Assembly (NCBI GenBank): GCA_035576005.1
Contig: DATLXH010000109.1
Coordinates: 33,058 to 97,057, forward strand
DNA length: 64,000 bases
Source of the DNA: Thermoanaerobaculia bacterium
GTDB lineage: Bacteria > Acidobacteriota > Thermoanaerobaculia > Gp7-AA8
Direction of reading: 5' to 3'
Shown here: positions 42,926 through 52,514 of the stretch, piece by piece
How the letters are laid out: each line of letters begins with the position of its first letter
How positions within the stretch are numbered: position 1 is the first letter of the stretch
Translations under genes and position numbers: made by a program
The notes under the pieces: model-generated
Databases searched by the model: none
Told to the model about the DNA's origin: nothing
The model's input: the letters and a program-made list of their open reading frames with translations, nothing else

Positions 42926-43322
42926 AGCGTACGTCGACACCTCCGCCCTGATTGCCTTCGCCGACCGCTCAGACAGCTTTCATCATCTTTTCCGGCGAGC
43001 GTTCGCCGACCCCCCTCACTTAGTCTCAACAACGCTGGTGGTCGCCGAGGGTCATGGATGGTTTCTGAGGCGATTCGATTCCTACCGTGCTCTCGAGTTC
43101 ATCGCCATGATCCAGGCGATGACGCCCCTCGTCATAGTCTCAGTCGGTACCAGGGAGTGGACTGCCGGCACAGAGGTACTCAGGAAGTATTCCGATCAGG
43201 CTCTAACACTGACCGATGCGGTCGGGCTTCACCTCATGAAGTCCCGTCGCATCAAAACATGCTGGTCCACCGACTATCATCTCGGTTTGACCGGCGTGCC
43301 ATTGTTGATTCACCAACTCTAG
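42909..43322 (+). CDS. vapC: PIN-domain toxin (VapC family)
   Basis: MTAKIEAYVDTSALIAFADRSD...LTDAVGLHLM...WSTDYH, with PIN acidic residues. The track ORF starts 16 codons earlier, inside the antitoxin gene. Confidence 0.75.
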   Translation: MTAKIEAYVDTSALIAFADRSDSFHHLFRRAFADPPHLVSTTLVVAEGHGWFLRRFDSYRALEFIAMIQAMTPLVIVSVGTREWTAGTEVLRKYSDQALTLTDAVGLHLMKSRRIKTCWSTDYHLGLTGVPLLIHQL

Positions 43323-43503
43323 CCCGCATTTCTCACAGACCTTTGTCGTGAGACGGCGGAGAGGGGCTTGGATGCGAGGCGCACGGCGATTTTGCGACGA
43401 AGGCATAGTCGACACTATGTCAAGGAGCGAAATTGCCGTGTAACGAAGCAGACAGGCCGCTATCCGTCGTCTCGCGGCGGAGGTCTGTGAGAAATGCGGG
43501 CTA
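43320..43503. mobile_element. MITE, copy 2, with perfect 21-bp TIRs AGCCCGCATTTCTCACAGACC and a TA target duplication
   Basis: It begins at TA|GCCCGC and ends at GCGGGC|TA. Internal sequence is ~90% identical to copy 1. It lies between vapC and ubiE. Confidence 0.75.
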
Positions 43504-43535
43504 GCCGGAAGCGACGATCGATTCTGTGCAAGAGT

Positions 43536-44228
43536 ATGACGGTGCTAGACAAGTCCCCGAAAACCATCGCGGAGATGTTCGCCCGGATCGCCCCCCGCTA
43601 CGATCGCGCGAACCGAGTCCTTTCATTCAGGATCGACGTGGCGTGGCGAAGGAAGGTCGCGAAAAGGTTTCAGGGCCTCGACGGCCCGATCCTGGATCTC
43701 GCGTCCGGAACGGGTGACCTTGCCCTTGCGCTGCGCGAGAATGAGCGAGCAATCGTGGCCGCCGACCTCACATTCGAAATGCTTCTCGAAGCAAGACGAA
43801 AGTTCGCGACCGGGAACGCCCGCATCCCGCTGGTGGTAGCGGATGCTCTCCACCTCCCCTTTCGAACGGGAGCATTCGAGGGAATCGTCATCGCATTCGG
43901 GATCCGCAACTTCTCGGATCCCGTTGAGGGGCTGATAGACATCCGAAGAACGCTCAATACGCACGGGCTGCTCGGAGTACTCGAGTTCTCACGCCCCGCT
44001 CTTCCGGTCCGCTTCTTTTACGAGGGGTATTCGAGGTTCGTTCTTCCGCTGGTCGGCGGAATGATCACCGGCGCTCGCAGCGCCTACAGCTATCTGCAGC
44101 GATCGTCCTCGACGTTTCCCGACGGCAAGCGATTCCTCGGCATGATGCAGGCTGCCGGGTTCGGTGAGACCCGCGCGAAACGGCTCACCTTCGGGATCGT
44201 GACTTTTTATACGGGACGCAAGCCGTGA
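43536..44228 (+). CDS. ubiE: demethylmenaquinone/ubiquinone C-methyltransferase
   Basis: ...MFARIAPRYDRANRVLSF..LDLASGTGDLA... SAM-MTase motif I, collinear with UbiE/MenG. An internal start is used. The track ORF starts at 43494 inside the MITE. Confidence 0.85.
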   Translation: MTVLDKSPKTIAEMFARIAPRYDRANRVLSFRIDVAWRRKVAKRFQGLDGPILDLASGTGDLALALRENERAIVAADLTFEMLLEARRKFATGNARIPLVVADALHLPFRTGAFEGIVIAFGIRNFSDPVEGLIDIRRTLNTHGLLGVLEFSRPALPVRFFYEGYSRFVLPLVGGMITGARSAYSYLQRSSSTFPDGKRFLGMMQAAGFGETRAKRLTFGIVTFYTGRKP

Positions 44229-45142
44229 GTGCCGGAATTCTCGATGGTCGCGCTGTCGCTTCGAAGATTGAAGCCGAGCTCAAGGAACGGATCGTCGCGC
44301 TGGCTTCGCGTGGAATCCGCCCGCGCCTCGTAGTCCTTCGCGTCGGCAACGATCCGGCGTCGGAGATCTACGTCCGCGCCAAGGCGAAGAAAGCAGTGGA
44401 GCTCGGCATCGACGCGGAGCCACGCCACCTTCCCGACACGCTCTCCGAGGAAGCGCTACTGGGAATCATCGCCTCACTCAATAAGGACCAGTCAGTGGAC
44501 GGAATCCTCGTCCAGCTTCCTCTGCCTCCACAGATTGCTGCGTCGAACATCATCGAAGCGATCGATCCTCGCAAAGATGTCGATGGCTTCCATCCCTCTA
44601 ACGTCGGGCGACTGCAGCTTGGTCGCGCCATGCTGGTTCCCTGCACGCCGGCCGGAATCATGCGTCTGCTCGATTCCGCAGCGGTTCCACTCAAGGGCGC
44701 CCATGCTGTGGTCATCGGGAGAAGCGACATTGTCGGTAAGCCGGCCGCGGCCTTACTTCTGCAGCGCGACGCGACCGTGACAATCTGTCATTCCAAAACC
44801 CGCGACCTCGCATCCATAGTCGGCGAAGCAGACATCGTGATCGCTGCAGTGGGCAAACCGCACCTCATCCGCGGCGAGATGATCAAGCGCGGGGCAATCG
44901 TGATCGATGTCGGCGTCAACCGCCTCGATCGCTCGGAGGAGAACCTGGGACTGCTCCAGAGAACACCGCTCAAGCTCCGCACTCTCGAGGAGAAGGGGTC
45001 GGTGCTGGTTGGCGATGTCGAGTTCACTACCGCTTCCGAAAGAGCCAGCTGGATTACGCCGGTGCCCGGCGGGGTGGGACCTCTCACCATCGCGATGCTC
45101 ATGGAGAACAGCGTGACCGCATGCGAGGCGCGACACCGATGA
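44225..45142 (+). CDS. folD: bifunctional methylenetetrahydrofolate dehydrogenase/cyclohydrolase
   Basis: MSAGILDGRAVASKIEAELKERI...VQLPLP...GRSDIVGKPAA...VGVNR. Confidence 0.93.
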   Translation: MSAGILDGRAVASKIEAELKERIVALASRGIRPRLVVLRVGNDPASEIYVRAKAKKAVELGIDAEPRHLPDTLSEEALLGIIASLNKDQSVDGILVQLPLPPQIAASNIIEAIDPRKDVDGFHPSNVGRLQLGRAMLVPCTPAGIMRLLDSAAVPLKGAHAVVIGRSDIVGKPAAALLLQRDATVTICHSKTRDLASIVGEADIVIAAVGKPHLIRGEMIKRGAIVIDVGVNRLDRSEENLGLLQRTPLKLRTLEEKGSVLVGDVEFTTASERASWITPVPGGVGPLTIAMLMENSVTACEARHR

Positions 45143-45780
45143 TGCTACGTGTCGGGCTGACAGGGGGCATTGCCTCGGGGAAATCGACGGTCGCGCACCT
45201 GCTCGCAGAGTGGGGCTGCTTTGTCGTCGATGCGGACAAGGTCGTTGCAGAGCTCTACCAGATAGGAAGTCCCGGCCACGACGCGATTCGAGAGAGATAT
45301 GGGGAAGGTGTCCTCGACGAAGAAGGCGAGATCGACCGGATGAAACTCTCCGCCGTCGCGCTTGCTACTCCTGAAGCAGCAAATGAGCTCAACACGTTGA
45401 TCCATCCTCTCGTCATCGCGGAAACGCAGCGACGACTCCATGAGAAAGAAGAGGCCGTGAAGCCGGATGCCTTGATTGGAGTCGTCGAAGCGACTCTCAT
45501 CATCGAGGGTGGGACGAAGCATCTCTACGACAAAATCGTCGTGGTGGACGCCGATCCAGTCTCTCAGGTCGATCGTGCGATCCAGCGCGGTCTTACCCGT
45601 GAGGAAGCCGAGAGACGGATGGCCAGACAGTCCGAGCGCGACATCAGGCTCCGGGACGCCGATTACGTGATCCGGAACGACGGAGATCGACTCGACATGG
45701 CGGATCAGGTGAAACAACTTCACACGAAACTTCTTCTGGATCTTGAAAGGAAATCTCGCGGCGTGATTTCCCTTTCCTGA
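45139..45780 (+). CDS. coaE: dephospho-CoA kinase
   Basis: MLRVGLTGGIASGKSTVAHLLAEWGCFVVDADKVV. P-loop, collinear with CoaE. It overlaps the folD stop. Confidence 0.85.
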   Translation: MMLRVGLTGGIASGKSTVAHLLAEWGCFVVDADKVVAELYQIGSPGHDAIRERYGEGVLDEEGEIDRMKLSAVALATPEAANELNTLIHPLVIAETQRRLHEKEEAVKPDALIGVVEATLIIEGGTKHLYDKIVVVDADPVSQVDRAIQRGLTREEAERRMARQSERDIRLRDADYVIRNDGDRLDMADQVKQLHTKLLLDLERKSRGVISLS

Positions 45781-45904
45781 GATGACGACATAGTGAATTT
45801 GCCGTGCGTGGCTTCGTGGCAAGTGAGCCCTCATCCGGCGCTCACAATCTCTCCCTCGGGAGAGGTGTGACAGCAGTTCGCGCGTCGAGGTTCAACAGCC
45901 GCAC

Positions 45905-45936
45905 AACAAAAATGCCCCGCCTTTCGGCGGGGCATC
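45905..45936 (-). terminator. rho-independent terminator after the Met-rich lipoprotein gene
   Basis: Minus transcript GCCCCGCC-GAAA-GGCGGGGC followed by AUUUUUGUUGUG. Confidence 0.65.
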
Positions 45937-45959
45937 GAGTGAATCTTAAAGAGAAAAGC

Positions 45960-46292
45960 TTACGGGGTTTTGGTGCTGCCCATGGTCGTCGTTGCTGATG
46001 TTCCCGACGTCGTCGTTGCGGTCGTCTGGGTCATCATCGTGCCGGAAGTGTCGGTCATCGTTCCGCCACTCATGGTGCTGGTGGTGGTCATGCCACCCAT
46101 GGTGTCGGTCGACATCATCGCGGTGTCGGTCGACATGGTGCCGCTCATGGCGGTGTCAGTGGACATCGTGCCGCTCGTCATGGTGTCGGTCGTGGCCGTG
46201 TCGGTGACGACGGTCTCTTCCTTCTTACATCCGACGGCAAGAATCGTGACTGCAACGAGGGCGATCATGGTGCTCTGGAGTGACTTTTTCAT
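45960..46292 (-). CDS. Met/Thr-rich low-complexity lipoprotein
   Basis: Lipobox LAVGC. The mature region is T(D/S)T(A)M(S/T)GTM repeats with 18 Met in ~85 aa. M-x2-3-M spacing is reminiscent of Cu(I)-binding Met-rich motifs. Confidence 0.55.
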   Translation of the reverse strand: MKKSLQSTMIALVAVTILAVGCKKEETVVTDTATTDTMTSGTMSTDTAMSGTMSTDTAMMSTDTMGGMTTTSTMSGGTMTDTSGTMMTQTTATTTSGTSATTTMGSTKTP

Positions 46293-46551
46293 TTAAAGCT
46301 CCTTTATTATCCTGAGATCGGTTGATCTCATCATTGGGTTTTGGGCAAAGAATTCGTTTACTCCGTATGTTCTTTTGCTGGGTTGCCGAAATCACCTCTC
46401 TTCTCAGGTTTTCTTACGTCATGCCTCAATAGCAAAAAGTCTTCCATAAAGCAGAATTCTGCCCTTGGAAAGAACATTTTCAAGTTTTGGGGTTCCGAAC
46501 GGAGCCTGCCCCGAGTCCGTCGGAGCCCCCATCTTAAGGTACCTGAGCGTT

Positions 46552-47364
46552 ATGTCAAGAAGATCGGGGACTTCCGCCCCCCACGGAAACGATGCAGGGG
46601 ACTGGACGGGCCAGATCAGCTCCTCTGACGGCACCGCGATCCACTATGACGTCTATCACAACGAAAGCCGATCTGTCGGCTTGCCGCTGATTCTGATCAT
46701 CCCCGGCTTCTGGCGCCATCGGCGGTATCCAACCATGCCGCGCCTCGCACGATTTATTCAATCTCTCGGTTACAGCGTGGCGATTCTCGACGTGCGAGGG
46801 CACGGCCAGAGCGGAGGGAGCTTCGGGTTCAACCTGAAAGAACATGAGGATGTCGAAGCAGTCGGAAAAGAGCTCCTCGCGAGGCTGCAAGCCAGCTCAA
46901 TCATCCTGTTCGGATTCTCCCTCGGGGGGGCGATCGCCGTCTCGACTGCCGCGCGGACCTCTCTTCCCATTCGCGCTCTGCTTCTGATCTCCCCGGTTGC
47001 TGACCTCTCGCTGGTGTCGCCGCGCGTGAACCCGTTCTCGCTCCATCGACACGTCGCGCTCTCCCAGATTTTCAGCAGGCCGCGCTTCAGCTGGCGATTT
47101 CGCCGATCCGAAAAAATCCGGGCGCTCGACGACATCGCCAGGGTCGCCCAGCCTCTCACCTTGATCCACGTAAAGAATGACTGGCTCGTCGGGCACCAGC
47201 ACTCGATTGCGCTCTTCGAGGCCGCTGTGGAGCCTAAAGAGCTCGTGATCCTCGATCTACCGGGCAATCTGCATGCGGACAGAATCTTCAGCGATGCTGC
47301 GAGCTCGATCGAACCGCTGGTCTGTGAGTTTCTGGCCAGGAACGGGTCAGCGAAGTCAGTGTGA
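46552..47364 (+). CDS. alpha/beta-fold hydrolase
   Basis: ...ILDVRGHGQSGG...IILFGFSLGGAIA (GxSxG nucleophile elbow)...HVKNDWLVGHQH. The track ORF starts at 46465. An internal ATG at 46552 is preceded by AAGG. Confidence 0.7.
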   Translation: MSRRSGTSAPHGNDAGDWTGQISSSDGTAIHYDVYHNESRSVGLPLILIIPGFWRHRRYPTMPRLARFIQSLGYSVAILDVRGHGQSGGSFGFNLKEHEDVEAVGKELLARLQASSIILFGFSLGGAIAVSTAARTSLPIRALLLISPVADLSLVSPRVNPFSLHRHVALSQIFSRPRFSWRFRRSEKIRALDDIARVAQPLTLIHVKNDWLVGHQHSIALFEAAVEPKELVILDLPGNLHADRIFSDAASSIEPLVCEFLARNGSAKSV

Positions 47365-47705
47365 CGAACCGTTCGTCACGGTCGGACGCTGTTTGTCACG
47401 GGACACTGACGGCGTTGGGGCCCGGTGGACAATCGGCCGAATTTCGATGATCTGAACCTCCGGTACGAACTCTCCGGGATACGAAGGGGTGATGCGCGAT
47501 GGCCGGCCTGACTCTCCGACCTCGTCACTCGTCCACTCTTCTCCATCGAATACCCACATGGTGGCGGCCCTCTCTGTCCGTAGACTGGTACGCTTCAAGC
47601 CGCCTGCCAGACCTTGGGGAAAACATTAAAAGACGGAAAGATCTGACCCACCATCACTTAGCGTCAAATTTGCAGCCGCGGCTGAAACGCTCGCGCCGGA
47701 GAGTG

Positions 47706-48287
47706 TCACTTTACTGCGCGTTTTCGTCCAGCTTCTGTGTCACTCGTTGCCAGGAATTCGCGGAGCTGCTCGTACGCCCTGCCGCGATGAGAGACTTGAT
47801 CCTTCTCTTCCGGCTCCATCTCTGCGAATGTTTTTTTTGAGTCGCGGGGAACGAACCATGGGTCCCAACCGAAGGTCTCTTCGCCGCGCGGTTGAACGAG
47901 GATCTCTCCCTCAATCTGGCCGATGAAGATGTGGGATTGCGCGCCATCCCAGTAACCGAGACAGCATTGCGCAAGAGCTCGGCGATCGCGTAGGGCGTAG
48001 GCAATTGCTCCGAGTCCTGTGCCGCCGGCATTCTCGAGGAGCCAGCGTACGTAGGGACCTGGGAAGTTTCCCAGTTCCACGAAGCCGAGCGACACATCTT
48101 CCACAAGCAAACGGTTATAGCCCTTGGCCTTCGCCGTCTCGAGCTTATGGCGCGTGATCTCTTCAGCGGTGGCAGCCTGAATCTCAGGAAGGCTTATCGA
48201 TACGCGAAGCAGTGGCTGGCGAAGGATACGCTCGGCCTCGATTGCTTTTTTGGGATTGGAGGAGACGAGGATGAGAGGGTCATTCAT
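47706..48287 (-). CDS. rdgB: non-canonical purine NTP pyrophosphatase (RdgB/HAM1)
   Basis: MNDPLILVSSNPKKAIEAERIL...GFGWDPWFVP...TFAEM...KDQVSHRGRA. Confidence 0.88.
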   Translation of the reverse strand: MNDPLILVSSNPKKAIEAERILRQPLLRVSISLPEIQAATAEEITRHKLETAKAKGYNRLLVEDVSLGFVELGNFPGPYVRWLLENAGGTGLGAIAYALRDRRALAQCCLGYWDGAQSHIFIGQIEGEILVQPRGEETFGWDPWFVPRDSKKTFAEMEPEEKDQVSHRGRAYEQLREFLATSDTEAGRKRAVK

Positions 48288-48346
48288 CGGCGCATTCTAC
48301 GTCAGCAACCCTCGCAAGCGGCGACGAACAGCATATCGGAAATTCA

Positions 48347-48580
48347 GCTCTCCGACCGCGAGCCGGTCCCTGTACCAGCCAGCCGACTTCTCAATTGCTC
48401 GGGCGCAGAGAATCGCGCCAGACGTCGCTTCAGGAACGAACGGATACGACGATGAATCGTGAGCCGATCGTCGCAGTCTTTACATTCATCGAGATGCTTG
48501 CGCACATCGAGCTTCTTTGCATCACCAAGCTGTTCGTCAAGGAAGAAATAGGCGATTCGTTTTACGTCGTCACACAGCAT
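48347..48580 (-). CDS. zinc-binding anti-sigma factor (ZAS family)
   Basis: MLCDDVKRIAYFFLDEQLGDAKKLDVRKHLDECKDCDDRL. Spacing is C-x25-H-x3-C-x2-C, as in RsrA/ChrR. It lies directly downstream of the ECF sigma gene. Confidence 0.65.
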
Positions 48581-48629
48581 GCGAGGACCTCTCGGGATTG
48601 AAGTGACGAATGCGCCTCTGCAAACTGGG

Positions 48630-49394
48630 TTACTCGAGCTGGAATTCCTCTTCAGTCTCTTCCTCGAGCTCGAAATCGAACTCGGCGTCGCCTGCGAACA
48701 AGGCCGTTTCGTCCTCTCCCTCTTCCGCTTCCACAACTTCTGGAGCGTCAGCAACGGCTGATTTCTTTCTCGTCTTCGTTTCATCCTTGCGGGAGCGCAT
48801 CTTCGCGGGCTCGCCGCTCCTGATGTAGCCGTACTTTTTCGCGTACTCGAGCAGCGTGCGCTCGAGCATCTTGCGTCCGCGATATAGACGCGACATCACA
48901 GTTCCGACCGGACAGTCGAGAATCTCAGCAATCTCTTTGTAGGAAAAACCTTCGATGTCGGCGAGAAGGACGACCATTTTGTAGTCGTGAGGCAACGTGT
49001 CGAGTGCCTTCTTGACGTCCTCGTCCATCATGTCCTGGAAGATCTCGCTTTCCGGATCCTTGATCAGATCAGGAGCGTTCTTCTGGATCACGCGCTCATA
49101 CGACTCTTCGATCTCCGAAAAATCGATCTTATGCGGCGTCAGCTTCTTCTTCCGATAGTTGTTGATGAAGGTGTTCTTCATGATCTTGAAGAGCCACGCC
49201 TTGAAGTTCGTCCCTTCCTCGAATTTGTCGTAGTATTTGTACGCCTTGAGATAGGTCTCCTGAACCAGATCCTCGGCATCCTCGGAGTTCCGGGTCATGC
49301 GATACGCGGTGTTATAGAGAGAGTCGACGTACGGCATCGCCGCTTTCTCAAAGTTCCAGCCCTGTTCGTGCTCGTAGGCTTCAGCGCTCTTCAT
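48630..49394 (-). CDS. ECF-type sigma-70 family factor with a ~60-aa acidic C-terminal extension
   Basis: Region 2 is ...EDLVQETYLKAYKYYDKF...NFKAWLFKIMKNTFIN. Region 4 is ...LADIEGFSYKEIAEILDCPVGTVMSRLYRGRKMLE. The tail is ...EVVEAEEGEDETALFAGDAEFDFELEEETEEEFQLE. Confidence 0.85.
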   Translation of the reverse strand: MKSAEAYEHEQGWNFEKAAMPYVDSLYNTAYRMTRNSEDAEDLVQETYLKAYKYYDKFEEGTNFKAWLFKIMKNTFINNYRKKKLTPHKIDFSEIEESYERVIQKNAPDLIKDPESEIFQDMMDEDVKKALDTLPHDYKMVVLLADIEGFSYKEIAEILDCPVGTVMSRLYRGRKMLERTLLEYAKKYGYIRSGEPAKMRSRKDETKTRKKSAVADAPEVVEAEEGEDETALFAGDAEFDFELEEETEEEFQLE

Positions 49395-49768
49395 GGATTC
49401 TCCAGTGGATGGGTCGCGAGTTATGCGACAGGTGAATGATTTTCATAAGTCGTGCCGCTCAACCCTTTGATTCATGAGCCTCGGTTATGGTTACGAAGCT
49501 CGAGGCATTCAGGATTTGTGCGACACGTAAAACATTGAATCTGAATCAGTTAAACTTCCTACACCGCTTGACCCCTCCTCCAGCCCCTCATGACACCAGC
49601 GCCGAATTCAAGTCATCTGAGTTCGCAGCGATGTCCTCGGAAGATGGAATTTGAGGTAAAAACAGGACTGCACGGGAAGGTTCGATCGTTAAAACCGGAC
49701 TAAAACGCCTGATCGCCGAAGGGAAATTCCTTTCGAGCGACGTACTCTATCAGCGGTGGCAGGAAATT

Positions 49769-50500
49769 TCAATCCCACCCCTCGGACGCCATGAGCCGTT
49801 CGTAGACCCGTGTGATCTGGATGAAACGCTCGGCTGCAGCGGCGCGCTCGTCGGCCGGATGGTCGTGAAAACGGTCGGGGTGGTGTAGAGCCGCAAGGCG
49901 CCGATACGTCGAAACGACACTCTTGCGATCTGCATCGCCTCCAAGGCCCAGCACAGAGAGCATCAGGGATCGGTCGTCCGGAACCGCGCCAGCCGTCGCC
50001 TTCTCGAACAGCGGGCGCGACTCCGCCGAGCCGCGACTTCGCGGCACGGAATCAAACCCATACCGGGTCCGAAGCATGGCAAGCGAATCCGTGTGAAATC
50101 CCAACGCGAAGGCGAGATTCATGAGAGCCGAGTATTGCGACTGCGGAAGCGTCCTGCTTCGGATGACTGCCGCGACTACGCAGTCTTCCAGGAGAGCCTC
50201 ACGGTCGGCAGTGGAGCTGATTCTCGAGAACGCCTCTCCCCAGGTTTGAAGGTCGATACTCCCGGTCACCTCTCCTGCATTACGCCCTACCCGCCTTAAA
50301 GCTTCGCGCGCCTCCTGACCGGTTGCTCCGCCTTCGACGACGATCTGCGTGACGATCGAGGCGGCCAGCGATTCGCGATCGATGCTTTCCCTCGCGACGC
50401 CGGCCCGTTCACGGCGCTGAAAGACCGCAACCCCGACGAGGAATGCCACCGCGATGATCCCGCCAGCAGCAATCATGAGCAGAAGTAGGAACAGTTCCAT
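49769..50500 (-). CDS. DjlA-like membrane co-chaperone (N-terminal TM, TerB-like middle, C-terminal J domain)
   Basis: MELFLLLLMIAAGGIIAVAFLVGV (TM)...C-terminal ...YRRLAALHHPDRF... with the HPD motif. Confidence 0.72.
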   Translation of the reverse strand: MELFLLLLMIAAGGIIAVAFLVGVAVFQRRERAGVARESIDRESLAASIVTQIVVEGGATGQEAREALRRVGRNAGEVTGSIDLQTWGEAFSRISSTADREALLEDCVVAAVIRSRTLPQSQYSALMNLAFALGFHTDSLAMLRTRYGFDSVPRSRGSAESRPLFEKATAGAVPDDRSLMLSVLGLGGDADRKSVVSTYRRLAALHHPDRFHDHPADERAAAAERFIQITRVYERLMASEGWD

Positions 50501-50591
50501 TGCGAGGACTCAGGATTGCACAGGGTCAACCCAACGGCCTGAACTTAACCCGCATTTCCCACAGATATTGGGCCGCGGCAGGGCCACCGTC

Positions 50592-51155
50592 TCAGGCCAG
50601 CAGAAAATCAACCTGTTCGATTCTCGCGACCAATGCCAGCTCCTCGACAGTCTGCGAGGACAAAGATGTGTCGATCTCGTCATCGAGGCTGATCCAGCTT
50701 CGACATCCGGCATACGCGCTACTGTTCACGACCTCAACAGGCGACTGCAGCCGCCAGACCCGCAACGCCAGCAACTGTAGCTTCTGGTCAGCGCGAAATC
50801 GAAAACGCTCGTCGAGCGTCTCCCGGGTGAAGATGAACAGCGGCTCGATCCGATCGAGAGCGGCCAGGTCTGAGATCGTCCAACTCCGAACGACGTCCGC
50901 CCAGGATGAAATCGTCACAATTGCTGGCTCGGACTCCCGGTCGGTCTGAGCGAAATGATCTCGACCTTCCGGTTTGAACTGATTCTCCTTCTGGTGCAGG
51001 TAGGTCGGAAAAAGGTAAAACTGCTCGGCTTCGATGGCGAAGCGCGAGTCCGCTATGCCCCCTTTTCTCAGAATGCAGATCTGCTCCCCGGTTTGAAGAG
51101 CTGAGATCACAGAGGCCCACTCTTTCAACGCCGTGTGGTTCGGAAGCTTCTTCAT
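50592..51155 (-). CDS. hypothetical protein
   Basis: 188 aa from the internal Met MKKLPNHTALKEW.... The start overlaps the queD stop. No motif recognised. Confidence 0.45.
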   Translation of the reverse strand: MKKLPNHTALKEWASVISALQTGEQICILRKGGIADSRFAIEAEQFYLFPTYLHQKENQFKPEGRDHFAQTDRESEPAIVTISSWADVVRSWTISDLAALDRIEPLFIFTRETLDERFRFRADQKLQLLALRVWRLQSPVEVVNSSAYAGCRSWISLDDEIDTSLSSQTVEELALVARIEQVDFLLA

Positions 51156-51541
51156 GGGCCGACCCGATAGACGGCCGAGTTGAACGGCCCTTCCCACACA
51201 GTGACGGAACGAACGAGCGCCTTCTCGTTGGCCACGGCCGGAGCCAGCTCGTCAGCAAACCATCGGGCGATGTTCTCTGCCGATGGATTCAATCTGTCGA
51301 ACGGTGCCACATCGTTGATGCAACGATAGTCGAGCTTCTTCGCGAGGGACTGCAGCGTGCGTCCCGAGCTCACGAAGTCGACCGCGATTGCGTCTCCGTC
51401 GAGACCTCGTGTCGAAGCGACGAGCTCCACTTCGACTTTGTATGAATGTCCGTGGAGAGGTTCAGCCTCGCCTCGATAGCTGCGAAGAAAATGTGCGGAT
51501 TCGAAGCGGGCCTCGACTCGAATCGTGAATTCACCGGGCAT
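51152..51541 (-). CDS. queD: 6-carboxy-5,6,7,8-tetrahydropterin synthase (QueD/PTPS)
   Basis: MPGEFTIRVEARFESAHFLRSYRGEAEPLHGHSYKVEVEL.... This is the PTPS His/Cys-His Zn site pattern, 129 aa. Confidence 0.88.
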   Translation of the reverse strand: MPGEFTIRVEARFESAHFLRSYRGEAEPLHGHSYKVEVELVASTRGLDGDAIAVDFVSSGRTLQSLAKKLDYRCINDVAPFDRLNPSAENIARWFADELAPAVANEKALVRSVTVWEGPFNSAVYRVGP

Positions 51542-51627
51542 GATGCGTCACAGTGTAGCTGGCAGCCCACGGTTCCAGTGGGGCGATCGACAGGTCGATC
51601 GAGGCCATCGTGTAGAATCCGGCCTCA

Positions 51628-52314
51628 ATGCCGTTGCCCAAGAGTCTCCTCTGTGTCAGCTGTAAGCACACGTACCCCGAAGGTTGGAAGCGCTGCCCTT
51701 ATTGCGGTTACGACGAAGTCCGGGCCCGGCAGGAGGCCCAGCTGGCGCGTGTGACCGCAGAAAAGAAACGGCTCGAACAGGCAGCAATGCGTCCCCGCTC
51801 GCAGCGTCCGGGTGAGAGACCCCGCAAGGGAGACAAGCTTCCCCAGCGTCAGGAAGGTGGCGGCAGACCTCGCGGCAATCGCCCTGGACAGCGTGAGCGA
51901 AACAGCCAGGAACGCAGCACTGGAGCGCCGAGACCTCCGAGGAGCGACCGTCCGCCGCGGCAGGGGCAGTCAGTTGCTGCCTCACGGCCAGCTGAAGTCA
52001 GAAACCAACCTACTGTGAATCCGCCGGCAGGATCGGCTGGACCAGGGGGCGAAAATCGTCCGCGGCGAGAGCGACCTCGCCGGCGCGGGCGCCGGCGCCC
52101 CGAGGGTTCGATGGGTGAGCCCGGTACTTCGAGCCCGGACTCATTGGCCCAGAGCCCGGGAGTCGTGGCTGCGCAGCCACGACTCCCGGGTCCCGATGCG
52201 CCGGGTGAAGGGAAACCGCAGGAGGGAGGAGTCAAGAAGAAACGGCGACGTTTCAGACGCCGCCCCGGCGGCGGTGGGGGCAACACTCCGCGACCTGGCG
52301 GCAAGCAGCCGTAG
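51628..52314 (+). CDS. zinc-ribbon protein with an Arg/Pro/Gly-rich disordered tail
   Basis: N-terminal CVSCKHTYPEGWKRCPYCGYDE (CxxC...CxxC) then R/P/G/E low complexity. Could be an over-called ORF in GC-rich DNA. Confidence 0.4.
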   Translation: MPLPKSLLCVSCKHTYPEGWKRCPYCGYDEVRARQEAQLARVTAEKKRLEQAAMRPRSQRPGERPRKGDKLPQRQEGGGRPRGNRPGQRERNSQERSTGAPRPPRSDRPPRQGQSVAASRPAEVRNQPTVNPPAGSAGPGGENRPRRERPRRRGRRRPEGSMGEPGTSSPDSLAQSPGVVAAQPRLPGPDAPGEGKPQEGGVKKKRRRFRRRPGGGGGNTPRPGGKQP

Positions 52315-52327
52315 AACGCGAGCTGCG

Positions 52328-52390
52328 CGACAAAGACAAGAGTGTCTGTCCTACATGCGCGTCTGGGACAGACACTCTTGTCTGTCACGC
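52328..52390. repeat. GACA(A)AGACAAGAGTGTCTGTCCTACA nested palindrome, copy 2
   Basis: Two inverted arms around CATGCGCG, each arm itself a hairpin. It lies just after the 51628 gene stop. Confidence 0.65.
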
Positions 52391-52514
52391 GGACCGTCAA
52401 TTGAACGTCGTCGTTTGCACAAGCTGCCTCGTATCAACCAACCGATGCGCTTCGCACCCATGCCGTCATCTTCACGACGAAGGGCTGTGAGAAACAGCCG
52501 CTAGCCCGTGTCGC

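Noticed and set aside
50592-51541. Possible 7-deazaguanine (Dpd-like) DNA-modification link between queD and the SNF2 helicase
   Set aside because: queD is a common housekeeping queuosine gene. It lies 4 kb and six unrelated genes away from the helicase. No queC/queE/TGT-like genes are present, so there is no support for a Dpd system.
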